DNA of 64,000 bases from Eledone cirrhosa (taxonomy: Eukaryota). The notes below the pieces were generated by a model, which had not been told where the DNA came from, made no database searches, and saw nothing but the letters and a program-made list of their open reading frames with translations. This document shows, piece after piece, positions 11,850 to 25,800 of this stretch (its first letter is position 1; every line of letters begins with the position of its first letter). The position numbers and the translations under genes were made by a program. The DNA is taken from positions 114,514,001-114,578,000 of the forward strand of contig OZ024740.1 of assembly GCA_964016885.1 (NCBI GenBank). The letters run 5' to 3'.

Positions 11850-12095
11850 TATGCAGTGTGACAAGAAGCTTGTTTCCCAACCACATATTTCCGGGTTCAG
11901 TCCCACTGCCCGAGCCGACCAAAGCCCTGTGAGTGGATTTGATAGATCGCAATTAAAAGAAGCCCGTCGTATATATGTATATATGTCTGTGTGTGTCTTT
12001 GCGTTTGTGTCTGCCCTCCCACCAATGCTTGTTGGTTTGTTGACGTCCCCATAACTTACCAAGGTGATGCTCCAGCATGGGCGTAGTCTAGAGAC
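11850..12095 (+). mobile_element. tRNA-related SINE, second family (related copy about 31925-32280)
   Basis: Head GGGTTCAGTCCCACTGC; body GCCCTGTGAGTGGATTTG..AAGAAGCCCGTCGTATAT; diverged similarity to the 31.9-kb copy. Confidence 0.55.
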
Positions 12096-12187
12096 AGAAA
12101 AAAAGTAAAATATATGGGTGTGTGTGTGTGTGTGTCTGCGTGCGTTTGTGTGTGTGTGTGTGTGTCTGCGTGCGTTTGTGTGTAGAA

Positions 12188-12586
12188 GCGGGGTCTCAAA
12201 CTCAAGGACACAAAAGGGCTGTTACGTCCTGGAGGAGAAGCACAGTGGGCCAAACGTGGTGGTGTGTGAACATTTTCACCAGTTATAATCATTTCTACTA
12301 TAGGAACAAGGCATGAAATTTTGAGTTTAAGTTTCAGTCGGTTGCATCGATCCTACTACACTACTGGTACTTAATTAATCGACCCAAAAAGGATGTAAGG
12401 CAAAGTTGAGATCGGCGGATTTCAACTCAGAACGTAAAAACGGAAGAAGTACCGTTAAGCATTTCGCCAGATGTGCTAACGATTCCACCAGCTCGCCGCC
12501 TTAAGTTCACCAGTTATAATGCGAAATATTGGTTGTACCACTGGCCACAGATAAGTAGTTCGTGGGCCGCATGTGTGAGCCCCCTG
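12188..12586. mobile_element. hAT-type MITE interrupted by a SINE
   Basis: CGGGGTCTCAAACTC at the left end and GGGCCGCATGTGTGAGCCCCCTG at the right end. Confidence 0.55.
12290..12505 (-). mobile_element. Full-length core SINE with 15-bp target-site duplication
   Basis: TTCACCAGTTATAAT at 12275-12289 and 12506-12520 flanks a reverse-strand SINE. Confidence 0.85.
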
Positions 12587-12675
12587 TTGGAGATAAATAG
12601 ATAGATAGATAGATAGACGTGTACCAAACACACACACATCTTTTACTCTCTCTGTCCCTCCCTCTTTCTCTTTTC

Positions 12676-12731
<56 letters not shown>

Positions 12732-13528
12732 CTCTGTGTGTGTGGAGTGTTGTTATTTGGCGTTGTTGAAAAGAGCTGTGGCCTTTGACATGGTAATAAA
12801 AACTGTAGACAAAATTCTTTCTGTACCAAGGCACACACACACAAATTTGTGTGTGTGTATGTATATGTGTGTATGTTTATATATAAGGCGTAAAAATATT
12901 GCTTTCTCAGTCACCAAGCTTCTCAATTCATTCCTTACTACTTATTTTGCTACGAGGTATATTATTTTGCAAGGTACTATTTTCCCCCTGAGTTTGTGAT
13001 TTCAGAGAAAGGTAAGAAATTCTTCATATGTTGCATCTTTTGTATTTTCACTTTGCAGTTTCAATTGTCTATCCACTCAAAATATTACAACAGCTAACAG
13101 TGAAATATAGAATTTAAAAAAAAAGAAGCTTTTTTGACTGAGATGAAATGTTTGTTTTTTATTTCAAAAATATATAATTTGAAATAGCTTGCTTTTGTTT
13201 TGGACTGAAACTTTTTTGTATTTAATTCGTACGAGTATTATTTAAAGAATCTAAGATAACTTGATTTGGCCCAGTAATCTACTGATGTCAAAATCAGTAG
13301 TATATTGAAAAATGGAAAAGTAGGGTAGGGGGCGTTTCGTGATTTCGAGGGACAAAAGGGGGAGTTTGGCCAAAATGGGTTGAGAACCTTTGCTCTAGCA
13401 GTGCTCTAGAGGTGCTGATAATCAAATGTTGTAGATATTATTTTTATTATTATTATTATCATTATTACTGATGTTGTTGTTGTTATTGTTTTTGTTACTG
13501 TTGTTGTTCTACGAAAGGCTGATGATGG

Positions 13529-13565
<37 letters not shown>

Positions 13566-13644
13566 AATTCATATATATAGCTGAGGTTTTTCTACATAGA
13601 CATTCATCGCACACACATATATATATTTATATATATATATATAT

Positions 13645-14060
<416 letters not shown>

Positions 14061-14227
14061 AGTATATATATATATAAATATATATGTGTGTATGTGGGTG
14101 TGATGAATGACTATGTAGAAAAACCTCACCTATATATATGAATTATCATCATCATCATCCTCTTCATCACCATCATCAGCCTTTCATGGAATAACAACAG
14201 TAACAAAAACAAAAACAATATGTATAT

Positions 14228-14258
<31 letters not shown>

Positions 14259-14424
14259 CATATATATAATATATATATATATATATATTTTATATATATG
14301 TATATGTATATACATGTATATATACATATTGTTGTTGTTTTTGTTACTATTGTTGTTCTCTGAAAGGCTGATGTGGTGATGATAATAGTTCATATATACA
14401 TGTATCTATGTATATATATATAAT

Positions 14425-14563
<139 letters not shown>

Positions 14564-15075
14564 ATATATATATATGCATGACCCTCCAGGAGTACTCTTT
14601 TAATATCATTTCATTGGACTTCCCTTTGTATTGAAATTGTTGAAGTTATGGATATTTTCCATACTGGAAACTAGATTCACTTTCTATTTAAAATCCCATA
14701 TGAAAGGAAAACACTAGAAGAACGCCCTGGCAAAACGTGGGTTACTAACAGCGTGGCTTCCTTTGATAATTTCACTGGTCTATTCAATAAATGTACGGAC
14801 TGAAGTCATATGTCTGTATTGATTGTTATCAAATCAACAGCAGAAGCTTTATATGCTTACCTAAATACTATTGGTTGGTTGCTAGCCAATTGTCAATAAC
14901 TTCTAGTACAAACGTCGGTATACATAGAAAGATAGATAGATAAATAGATACATAGATATATATACATATACAGACAAAAATATATTTTCAAACATACATA
15001 AACACAAATGACACACGCACAAACACGCAAGCACACACACACACATGTATATATGTATATATGTATATATATATT

Positions 15076-15128
<53 letters not shown>

Positions 15129-15139
15129 TTAATATAGAT

Positions 15140-15192
15140 GAGATTCTACAGGACTAGAACTGTTTCATTCATTAGAAATCATCAGGAATCTC
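15140..15192 (-). ncRNA. Type I hammerhead ribozyme within a 129-bp palindrome (15125-15253)
   Basis: Minus strand GAGATTC-CTGATGA-TTTCTAATGAAT-GAAA-CAG ttctagtc CTG-TA^-GAATCTC: 7-bp stem I and 4-bp stem III. Confidence 0.75.
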
Positions 15193-15319
15193 CTGATGAT
15201 TTCTAATGAATGAAACAGTTCTAGTCCTGTAGAATCTCATCTATATTAAAACTGTTATACTCTGCTATGTATTGAGTACCTTACTTACTGTGGTTACCTC
15301 CGATTCAACCCGGAATAAC

Positions 15320-15407
<88 letters not shown>

Positions 15408-15517
15408 TAGGAACGAGTAGGACCCCGACGGCTGAGCTCAAGCCGTTTCTACGGCTAATTCTGGACTAAATTAGCCGTCGAAACGGCTTGAGCTCAGCCG
15501 TCGGGGTCCTACTCGTT

Positions 15518-15521
<4 letters not shown>
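15408..15521. repeat. Fold-back palindrome in (TA)n; family shared with 37168-37700
   Basis: TAGGAACGAGTAGGACCCCGACGG... followed by its reverse complement. Confidence 0.85.
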
Positions 15522-15614
<93 letters not shown>

Positions 15615-15788
15615 ATATATATAAATATATATATACATATATACATATATACATGTGTGTGTGTGTGCGTGCGTGTTTGTGGGTGTGTCATTTGTGTTTA
15701 TATATGTTTGAAAATATATTTTTATATGTATATGTATATATATCTATGTATCTATAATATCTCTTTATATTTATATATTTATATATCT

Positions 15789-15922
15789 ATAATATCTCTT
15801 CTTCAGAGTGAAATAAAGGTCTCAAACCAGCGTTCTAAATAGCTTGCCAAGTCATGCAATTTGGCAAGCTACTTAGAACGCTGGTTTGAGACATTTATTT
15901 CACTCTGAAGAAGAGATATTAT
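15789..15922. repeat. Fold-back palindrome with a degenerate HHR core at its right end
   Basis: Arms ATAATATCTCTTCTTCAGAGTG.. / ..CACTCTGAAGAAGAGATATTAT; CTGAAGA-a-GAGAT-att-ATCTC-GAAA at 15905-15929. Confidence 0.7.
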
Positions 15923-16095
15923 CTCGAAAATTAAGAACAGTTATATAAATCTAAGGTAAAAGACTAATTATCAACAATATCTTTTGCATTTACATTCTTT
16001 ATTCTATGTCCATACCTGCATTGTTTTGGCTTTATTATACATATTCAAACGTTTATACCTCATTACACAATGCTTCAAGTGAACTATAACCTCCT

Positions 16096-16141
<46 letters not shown>

Positions 16142-19100
16142 AAACGAAAAATCAGTGATGCATCTGGACTAAGTTTATTGTGTGATACAATTGTTTCGCC
16201 GGCAAATACCTCGAGACACGATTATTGTATGGATCTGTCTGATTCTAGAATTGCGGGTTATTCTGATACATGCAATGCTTTCGGAGCAAATGTTCTCACT
16301 GGGGTGTTACCTTAAACAAAAAACCTTAAAAAAACATCTTCCACTCTTATCTTGCTATTGGCTGTAGTTTTTCTACGTCATCATAAATTCTGCTCAATAA
16401 TTGCTGCCACACTGGTCATCAGCTACTCTCCGTCCGACACGCTTCAATGGACTCATGCTGGGTTTGGTATTTCACAAGTCCGCTCACACTCACAAATATA
16501 TACACACACACATATAAATACACATACACATACGCACACACGCAGACACATACATATATATGCAATCACATATGTACGCACACATATGTAGATATACACA
16601 CCCATATACATATACACACACACTCCCTCTCTTACACACATCCACCCACAACCATATACACCAACACACGCGTCCACTGGCGCCTGCCTATATACCCCCA
16701 TACATCCGGTCTCAAACGCACGCACATGCGCACACACGCACACACACGTACACTCATACAAGGACACATATCAGCGTTCGCGTACATCGGCACATATATA
16801 CAAACACGCACAGACGTATACATAGACACACACATGCACACATACACGCCTGTCCTTATTGATAGGCACAAAGACAGACACACTTCCAAAGTCAAAAACA
16901 CACATACACACATACATACACACATGTATAGATATCTACACATATGTATATGTACACGCACATAAACATACAAACAAACCCTACTCTATGTAGGTGCACA
17001 TACACACACATACACACACGCATCCACAGACACACGCACACACACATACACACACACACACACCCACCCACGCACACACTCACTGGCCCATATACATTCC
17101 AACAAATACGCGCCCAATTACTCCCGTGTCCACGTACATCCACAAAGAAGATACACGCACGCATGTATATATCTCTGTACCCCAATGTGATATACTCACA
17201 GTCATATAAATCTGCACGAAAGGTCATATAGGGTCATCCATGGATATATATATATACATATGTATATACAAAAATACATACAAGTGTACATACTATATTG
17301 AATTATTTCAATGAACGGGTTTATATTTACATATATGTTTGTGGATGTGAATGTGAGTGTCTGTGTTCCTGTGTGTATGTCCCTATGTTATATATTCTAC
17401 AATAGACTATATTATGGCGATATTTTAAGGAAACATTTTTCATTGGTCACATGATTTTCTGACACCATTGCAATACACAGCAAAGAATTTCACATTTCTT
17501 TACATTACCTCATTAAAATAAAGAGCAATATAAAACCAATAACAATAATAACTTTTTTTAATGCCTTATCAGGAGATTTATATTTATCACTTCTACGTCT
17601 CTAGTTTTTCTGAATAAGAATAATGGTTTTAATAGATCCAAAATAAAAAAAAACTATAATGGTAGTTCAGCCAGCTAGGAAAACATGCCACATTTCCCTC
17701 GAATTAAAAAAGTAAAACCTAGTCTCATGAAGAGACACATTTGCTGATGTAGTCCTACATATGCGCTACCCAGATGAAGGCAAGGGTTGATTATGAATTT
17801 GCTCAGTCGGATTGGTAGCAAATGAAATGTTCTCGTATGCGTCCAAGCATCTGGAATCGCTGAATAAATACTTTACTGGGATATCTATGAGTATATTTCT
17901 ATTTCCGACGAAAGAATGGTCCGAGTCTACAAACAGCTTCTACTGTGTTGCTCTAAGTGTAGGCGAAAGATAATGAAAAGAAAAGTATAACGGCAAAAAA
18001 TGTAAATATCGGAAATAAAACTGAACTTCCAATGATTGAATGACGATGCTTGCGAAATTTTCTTTCTGTAGCTAGTCTCAGACGGACTGAATGCCTGACC
18101 GTTTGAAAGCTGTAACCATTGGTATTATTGTTCACTAATACCAAGGTAACAAATATAAAGAAATAAAACCACTAAAGTATTTATGTAAATACCTTGTATT
18201 ATATCTACAATGTTCCAGACACTTTCTTGTTACTTGTCCTTTGTATGACATTTATTTTGTCTCCTTTCGTAATAACTGTACATCCTTGAAATAGAACTTT
18301 GTCATATTCACTTGATTTGTATTTACAAACTTGTTCCGCGTCTCAAATCATCTTGAGATAGCTAAAATATATTTTGTCATATTTTCTTTTTTTTTTTTTT
18401 CTTTTTCTTGTCTCGAGGATTCTCTACTTTTATGGTCTCAATGTTTAATTCAGTCACATGTTTCCGTTTATCATCAACGATTTCATTTTGTTCAAAATTT
18501 ATTCATTTATATATTAATTTTATCTCGAATCTGTGCATTCGTAAACCTTCGAAATTCACTTTTTGAATTAATATTTCTTTTCTGTCTTCTTTTTTTTTTT
18601 TTTTCTTTTGAGTGGTGATGGAATTTATTTTTTTCTTTATGCTTAAATTTAAGTCTTCAGTAAACATCGATTTTGTCTTGGTTGATGATATTTTCGTTTT
18701 CTGTTTGATTTTTGTGTGTTTTTATCGTTTCAAATATTGTTTTCGCTTTCTATGTGTTTTCACTTTCTATAGATTAGCTGTTGAAACTTTTGTTTCCAGG
18801 CTAATTTTATTGTATGTTTACATGTTTTCCCTGTGATTTTTACACTAGAGATTTTACTAACTAAAACCTGAGTGGCATACATTAGTAGGATTATAAACAT
18901 TATATCCATATAATCTATGCTAAGTGCAGTGTAATTATTTCTCATGTGCAAATATCTTGCCTGCTGAAACCGCTACTTTTTATATATAACTTTCCGGTTT
19001 GGATTATGTCGTCGAATTGTATAAAATATAACTATTTACTTTTTATTTTCATTTTCATTACAAATGTAAGAAAATATAATAACACCATTTCAGCCGTGCT

Positions 19101-19194
19101 ATTTATATTGAGTGCTTTCACCGCATAATCAGATGCAGCTCTGTATACCTTGTGTATGTGCAAAACTTTTCCATACTCACATCCATATATATAT

Positions 19195-19321
19195 CTTCTT
19201 CTTCTTCTTCTTCTTCTTCTTCTTCTTCTTCTTCTTCTTCTTCTTCTTCTTCTTCTTCTTCTTCTTCTTCTTCTTCTTCTTCTTCTTCTTCTTCTTCTTC
19301 TTCTTCTTCTTCTTCTTCTTC
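19195..19321. repeat. (CTT)n microsatellite
   Basis: Pure trinucleotide tract of about 42 units. Confidence 0.97.
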
Positions 19322-19484
19322 CTGAGAGGGCCGTGGGTGCAAAGTCCTCAAACACTCCTTCCAGCGGGTTCTGTCAGAAGCAACCCTCTCACTGATCAGA
19401 GACCAGCCAAGCTCATGGAGGGTATATATATATATATGTATATATGTCATGGGGGTTATATATATATATATATATATATATGTC

Positions 19485-19660
19485 TTTCCGGAAAGACAAA
19501 AACAAATGTGGAAACAAAGACGGAAGACCCATTGTCACAGTGCTAGCGACAGAACGCAACGTCGGCACGTTACGAATCAAGGAAGCACTTTGGATCAAAC
19601 ACCTAGGGCCACAAATAAATAACAGATCCGTGAGAAGCGAAATGAGGTGGTTGGTGTAAA
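19485..19660 (+). mobile_element. PLE GIY-YIG C-terminal fragment
   Basis: VTVLATERNVGTLRIKEALWIKHLGPQIN resembles the PLE endonuclease end (R..KEA..I....P.IN). Confidence 0.6.
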
Positions 19661-20283
19661 CAAACGAGACAAAAACACACGCACGCACACACACACACAG
19701 TAACATATAACTGACCAGGCAGACGAATAATACTTGTTTCTACTTTAGGCACAAGGCCAGCAATTACCCAGTGCATTACTGGTACTTTATTTTATCGACC
19801 CCGTAAGGATGAAAGGCACGACACTGCTAATACAGAAACCAGCACAGATAAATAGTACAATGAATTGACAGATAACGCCATCCCACTCCCACAATTAAAA
19901 GAACTACTTCGACCGTCAACCTTTGCTGGACCGCACTTATTTCGGGAGTCCGCGCGCTCTGCTGAATACCTCAGTTAGTCAAAAACAGCGAACAGTAGAG
20001 GACACGTACCGTTCCTCTACGACAGAACCCCCCCCCCCCCCCTGGAAAAACCCCAAGTTGATGGATGCGAATCCGAAATATAGGGACAATTAAATCTCTC
20101 CCAAGGTAACTCTATCTCGTGTTATTATTTTTATTTGTTACGCTTTTTCCTACGTTCCTCTACACACTATACATCTCATTCTACTTTCCCTTACATCTCT
20201 CTCTTCACCACCGGATCCTGTTACCCGGAGAATTACCCATCTGCCTTGCTGAGGCTTCCAAAACGATCAAAAGAAAATAAATC

Positions 20284-20367
<84 letters not shown>

Positions 20368-21763
20368 TATGTGTATATAAAGGGAAAATGCAAAATGTAC
20401 CTTATCTCTCTTTCGGAGAATAAAGTCTGATAGGGAGAGATGTGGCTACTACTTCAGCAGATCACGCGATCACTATAAAGTCTCCGTTTGTTTGTCAGTA
20501 CCACCCAAACATTATTCCCTGGCAAATATTGATACAGATAATTTCCACAAGACTCTCCTTCTTTCGATAGACTTCATAAAAGGCATAAAATGTCCGTATC
20601 TCAGAGGTTTTATTCAATAAATTATATTTTATAAATATACAAATCCAAAGCTAGTTATTCAAAATGAATGAATAAATAGAACTAAATTGCATTCAAGTAA
20701 AACAAGAGTACCAACACAATCGCTGAACGCGCACGTCTCTCGCAAATTACACTCTACCGTCTTGCAAAAGAATCCCTTGAATAATAGACTACGTTATCTT
20801 CTGAAAAGATCACATGGCTACATAAGTACGTCTTTAAGTATGTGATTTTAACATATTGATCATGAATGTAGTAGCGTTAAGCAGCAGAAACAATAACAGC
20901 AAGAATGATGAAATGGTTTATTTGAGAACACTTGTTTCCAAGGTTTATATATATTTTGTTTTATTTTTCTAAGGACAGTTGGTAGAGATACGGTTAAACA
21001 TTCCTTACAATATTTAGTTATCGCACATTTACATTCTGAGCATGCAGCGGGAGATTTGGCAATGTATTCTTTTGATGTCAAGTAAATAGGTACCATCAAC
21101 TGACTCATCTCGGAATCTTTGAGTGAGGACATGAGCCGAATTTTGATATCAATTTGAATATTTGCATATCTGCATATATACAATTATATCAATGTACCTC
21201 TGATTATATGTGTATTTCTGTGAGTGATTATGTGTGTATAAAAGTGCAGCTGAAAAAAACAACAACAACGGAAACATCATCTTTGTTTTAATCATATGAT
21301 GTGATAACAGAGGGATAGGTTTCGGGCTTTCAAAATTCATTACCAATCTATACTTCAGAGAAGTTCACATACACAAAGGGAGTGAAGAAACGAAATACAA
21401 ATATATATTGATAATGAGGGAAGTAAAAGAACGGTGGGTTAACATTGAAGAGATATTGAAGATTTTAGTTATACCTAAATAATTTTCAAAGGATTCAAAT
21501 TTGCTGTGATCAAAATCTATCGGAAAAGAAGAAATATGGAGATAAGAGAAGCAGTATTTGGCCTAAAGGGGAAAATGAATGATAAGCTAATCCCTTCAAT
21601 AGTATGGTACACCTTTTTTCTTTAAGAGGATCTTTGATGTTGTGTGCTTCCTTTTACATTTTTTTCCTATTTTCCCCAATTTCCGCGCATTTTATCTGAT
21701 AGTACACATACTCACACGCACGCATACACACGTACTCACATACACACACACAAACCCATACGA

Positions 21764-21822
<59 letters not shown>

Positions 21823-21839
21823 TAGATATATAGAGAGAT

Positions 21840-21870
<31 letters not shown>

Positions 21871-22082
21871 TGGATAGATAGATAGATAGAAACTGACAGA
21901 AAACCACACACGCAATTTATTAATATATTTCACCAGATTGACTTTGACAATATTTTTACATAGAAATCAATAATTACTTTTGCATGCGGATGTGTGCGCT
22001 TTCACGCACACACAAACATAAACAAATATATGTACACACACACAGATGTGCACATACTCACACATATGTGTATATCTATATA

Positions 22083-22114
<32 letters not shown>

Positions 22115-22439
22115 GAAAGAGAGAGAGAGCGTGAGTGAGAGAGAAAGAAGTGGGTAACTATATGTAGTTGTTGATTCCGCTGCTGACAGAGAGAGGGAGA
22201 GAGGGAGAAGGGAGAGAGCGAGGGGGAGTGAGAATGTGAGACAGAGTGATTATAAAGAAGATACTAAATTGTCATTTCCCAAACAAATCTAACAGAGTTG
22301 TTGTGACACAACTCTCGCATTTTATTATAAAGTTACATATATATATATAGGAACGATCGACTTTCGTCAAATCGGACCGAGGGAACAATGTTTCCGTTGG
22401 TCTTTCCAATTGCTAATACTATCTATCGGTCGCAACTCC

Positions 22440-22566
22440 AGGTAGAAGGAGCAACGTGAAATAAAGTGTCTTGCTCAAGGACATAACGCATCGCCTGGTC
22501 CAGGAATCGAACTCACAACCTTACGATTGCGAATCCAATTCTCTAACCACTCAGCCACACGCCTTC
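22440..22566 (-). mobile_element. tRNA-derived SINE 5' part (third family)
   Basis: AAGTGTCTTGCTCAAGGACA..GGAATCGAACTC..CTCTAACCACTCAGCCAC is the reverse complement of a tRNA-like A/B-box head. Confidence 0.65.
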
Positions 22567-22752
22567 ACATATATATATAACTTCATAATAAAATGTAAGA
22601 ATTTTGTCACGAATTCTTTCTCACTCACTCTCACTCTTTCTCACTGCTCACTCACTCTCACCCCCTCTCTCCCTGAGTATTGACAAGCCGGTCAGCAGCG
22701 GAAACAACTAAATCTAGTTACCCATGCCTCTATCTCACAACCTATAATTATC

Positions 22753-23013
22753 TTCAATTCAACTCAATTCAACATATTTGGCAGAAAATAAAACATAGAT
22801 GCTTCAGATGCCATGTAAGGAGGGGAGAGGGGAAAAATTTACAAATTCGGAAACAAAGTGGTCCAACACCGGTCCAATTTCGCCGTTAATTGTTGCGTGG
22901 TTGGCGCGTTGACTACTTCCTCTGGAAGCCGATTCCAGGGTCCAGAGATGCGGATCGAGAAACCAGCTTTCCGTCCAATTAGGCGAAAGCGGCGGTGAAA
23001 TAGCTTTTTGTCA
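22753..23013 (-). mobile_element. CR1-like LINE 3' end
   Basis: Closely similar to 39952-40207; (TTGAA)n-like tail. Confidence 0.85.
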
Positions 23014-23082
23014 TGTATGTATGTATGTATGTATGTATGTATGTGTGTATGTATGTATGTATGTATATATATATATATATAT

Positions 23083-25800
23083 ATTGTTATACTTTGGGAG
23101 GGTCATGTTGCCAATAAGAAACACACGCACCAGTTGCTTTCACTTCAATTTATTATAATAAATTTATAAATTTAGGAATTTATAAATTTCCGGTTGGTTG
23201 GTTGGTTGGTTCTACAACCAGATGGTTGTTTATATATTGTCAAAGTTCTTTCGTCACACATTCTGTGACCTCTTCAGTGACTGGTGGTTCTTTTCTTTGT
23301 TTTTTTGTTTTTTGTGCCTCTCCTTTGTTCTGTCCTACGCCATCTTGTTTTTGCGTGTGTGCTTAGTTTGCGCATGTGTTACATCCGGGTGTCTGTGTGT
23401 GTTTATATTCGTTTATGTATTTGTTTATGAACATGTTACTGGTTGGTTGATTGTTCTATGTGTGTGTGTGTTTTCATTTTGTCCTTAATTGTAAGTTGGG
23501 ATGTTGCTGTTCCACTCATGTTTTCTATTTAATTTTGGTTGTAATTCATTTATGTTTATTGACTCTGTGATTTGTGTAAACATTGCGTCTTTTCAGTGTG
23601 TAGATTCTATTTTTATTTCTATGTTCTCTAATTTACCCTTATGTTCTATTTTAGCATGTTGGTAGAGTACAGATGATTCTTTACTATCTTAAAGGTCTCG
23701 CCAGTGTTCATTTATCCGTCACCCTATAATACGAGCTGTCTCACCTATGTACACTATATTTTTATCTCTACATTGTCCTTCAGTACATCTTATGCTATAT
23801 ACTAAATTTCTAGTTTTACAGTTAATATGGGGGCTTAATTTACAGATTATACATTTCTTATCTATACAGGGAGGTCTTTGAAAAGGGTATGTCTTGCTAA
23901 TAAGTGTTTTTTATGGAGGTACCAGGTCTTTCTACTATCTTAATATTGAGTTTATGTTTATCTAGGGCCCTTCTGAATTTGTAAGCTAATTCACCTATAG
24001 GGGTTGTATCGATGAACATTACACTCTGGTATTTATTGCTATCATACCATGAGTTTATTCTATTAGACTTATCCCTAGTTCTTTCTATTCTATTCCAAAA
24101 TTTGCTCCTATACAAGGGGCAGGTCCGATTTGTGTCATTATTTACCATTTTTTCCCATTTGGTTCTGGCTCCTCTATACACTCTGATTTTATCTCTCTGA
24201 TTGTAACCAGAGAACTGCATACGCTGGATGAAGTGTTGTATGTGTCTCTCTAGTTCTTCGGGGTTGCACATGGGGGACACGTTTCTCATCACCCGTACCA
24301 AATCAGCAATCAGTATGTTGATTTTGGTATGGTCCGAAACAGCTGAGTTTCGGTGGATCAGATATTTGGAAGTCATGGGAATGGAGGATTTGTTTTTTGT
24401 TATTAATGGTATCTAACCACAGCTCTGTGTCTAGTACAGGTAATCGATGGTTGGGGTGTTTACTTGGGTAGTCTATAGTAAATCTAATACTCTGGTGGAT
24501 GGAGTTAGCTATTTGCTGGATGCTTTCCATTGTGTTTTTCTCTAGTTCCTGACTGTTCTCTAGTGGGGGTGTTTTAACTACGATGTTTATATCATCAACG
24601 TAGCCGGAGTACATTATCAGGGTTAAGGGGTCTTCTAATTGTTCTTTAAGTTTAAGTTTAAGTCTACTGTCCCACCATACCATGAATAAGTTAGCTATGT
24701 CGCCTGCAATGCTAACCACAATGGCTGCTCCTTCCTCTTGGGCATATGTTTGTCCATTAAATTTGAACATATGTTCCTTAAGGGTTAATTTTATGCTGGC
24801 CCCCACCGCATGTGCAATCATTTTCTTTAGTTCATCGTGGTTTTCGGGGGTCCGTATGGCATGGTCCACCCGTTCCATCTATCTGTGTGGGTTTTCTTGG
24901 CCATTGAGGTAATGGTCGGTGGTCTGCCTCTTGCTGGTCTTGTAGGGCACAGGTTGCTAAGGTAATATGTGTCTAGATAATTATTACTATAGGTAAGTTT
25001 GAGTAGGAATCCCAGCTCATTGGTATCAATCCCATGGAATTCAACATTACTCTCACTGATCATTTCTACGCATTTCTCCACAGCAAAATCCACGTCAATA
25101 GATGGATACAGGGACACAACATCCATACTACCTATTATGCAGTTTGTTAGGTCCCTAGATCGGTTACTCACGCTGATTCTGCTGAGGAGGTCCTCCGTGC
25201 TGTAACATACATCTGGGGACATTTCAATGATGGGGCGTATGATCAGGGAGAGGAAGTAGCACAGTCTGTAGTTACTAGCAATGTTAGCTCCACAGACTGG
25301 CCGTGGTGGTGGTCCCGTGACAGGGTCACTGCTCGCTTTATGGTCTTTTCGAAGCCCATACAACGTTGGCACGTCATTGTTCCAGGTCTGGAAGTTGTTG
25401 GCAGTCCTTTTGTTGGGCTGCATTATATTTGTCCACATCACCATATGGGCATTGAGGGCTTTTTCTCTATCCTTATGCTCTTGTGGTGTTACTTCTCTTG
25501 TGTTAGTGATGTGGGGTTGCATTGCCTGGATGTAGTTTGGCAGACTCTCAACCGACATTCTGCCAGACCTGTCTGTTGGAAAGCATACTATCTCTCAATT
25601 ACGCGAGCGCTGCATGAGCTTACGCAAGCCATTTGCAGATTTTTTCCCAGTTGCTGGGCCTCCATTCTATTATGCTTCTTGCTATACTGTTCTATAATAT
25701 TTCTAAGTTTAGATCTAGCTATACTAAATTGTGCTTCTGTTTGTTCATCGACCTAAGACGGCAATTGCGTGCGTTTGTTAAAAGCTAAAGTCGTCGCGTG
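23083..25800 (-). mobile_element. Penelope-like retroelement (RT plus C-terminal GIY-YIG), frameshifted
   Basis: LYGLRKDHK, IGSMDVVSLYPSI, GYVDDI, LPVLD, FSGY; 23530-23890 reads NLVYSIRC..VYIGETAR..RINEH; 3' pseudo-LTR at about 23083-23530. Confidence 0.92.
23239..23281 (-). ncRNA. Minimal hammerhead ribozyme in the PLE pseudo-LTR
   Basis: GTCA-CTGAAGA-g-GTCACA gaatg TGTGAC-GAAA-gaac-TT^-TGAC, on the same strand as the PLE ORF. Confidence 0.75.

Noticed and set aside
19032-19450. Poly-E/R/F/L ORFs
   Set aside because: Translations of the (CTT)n tract.
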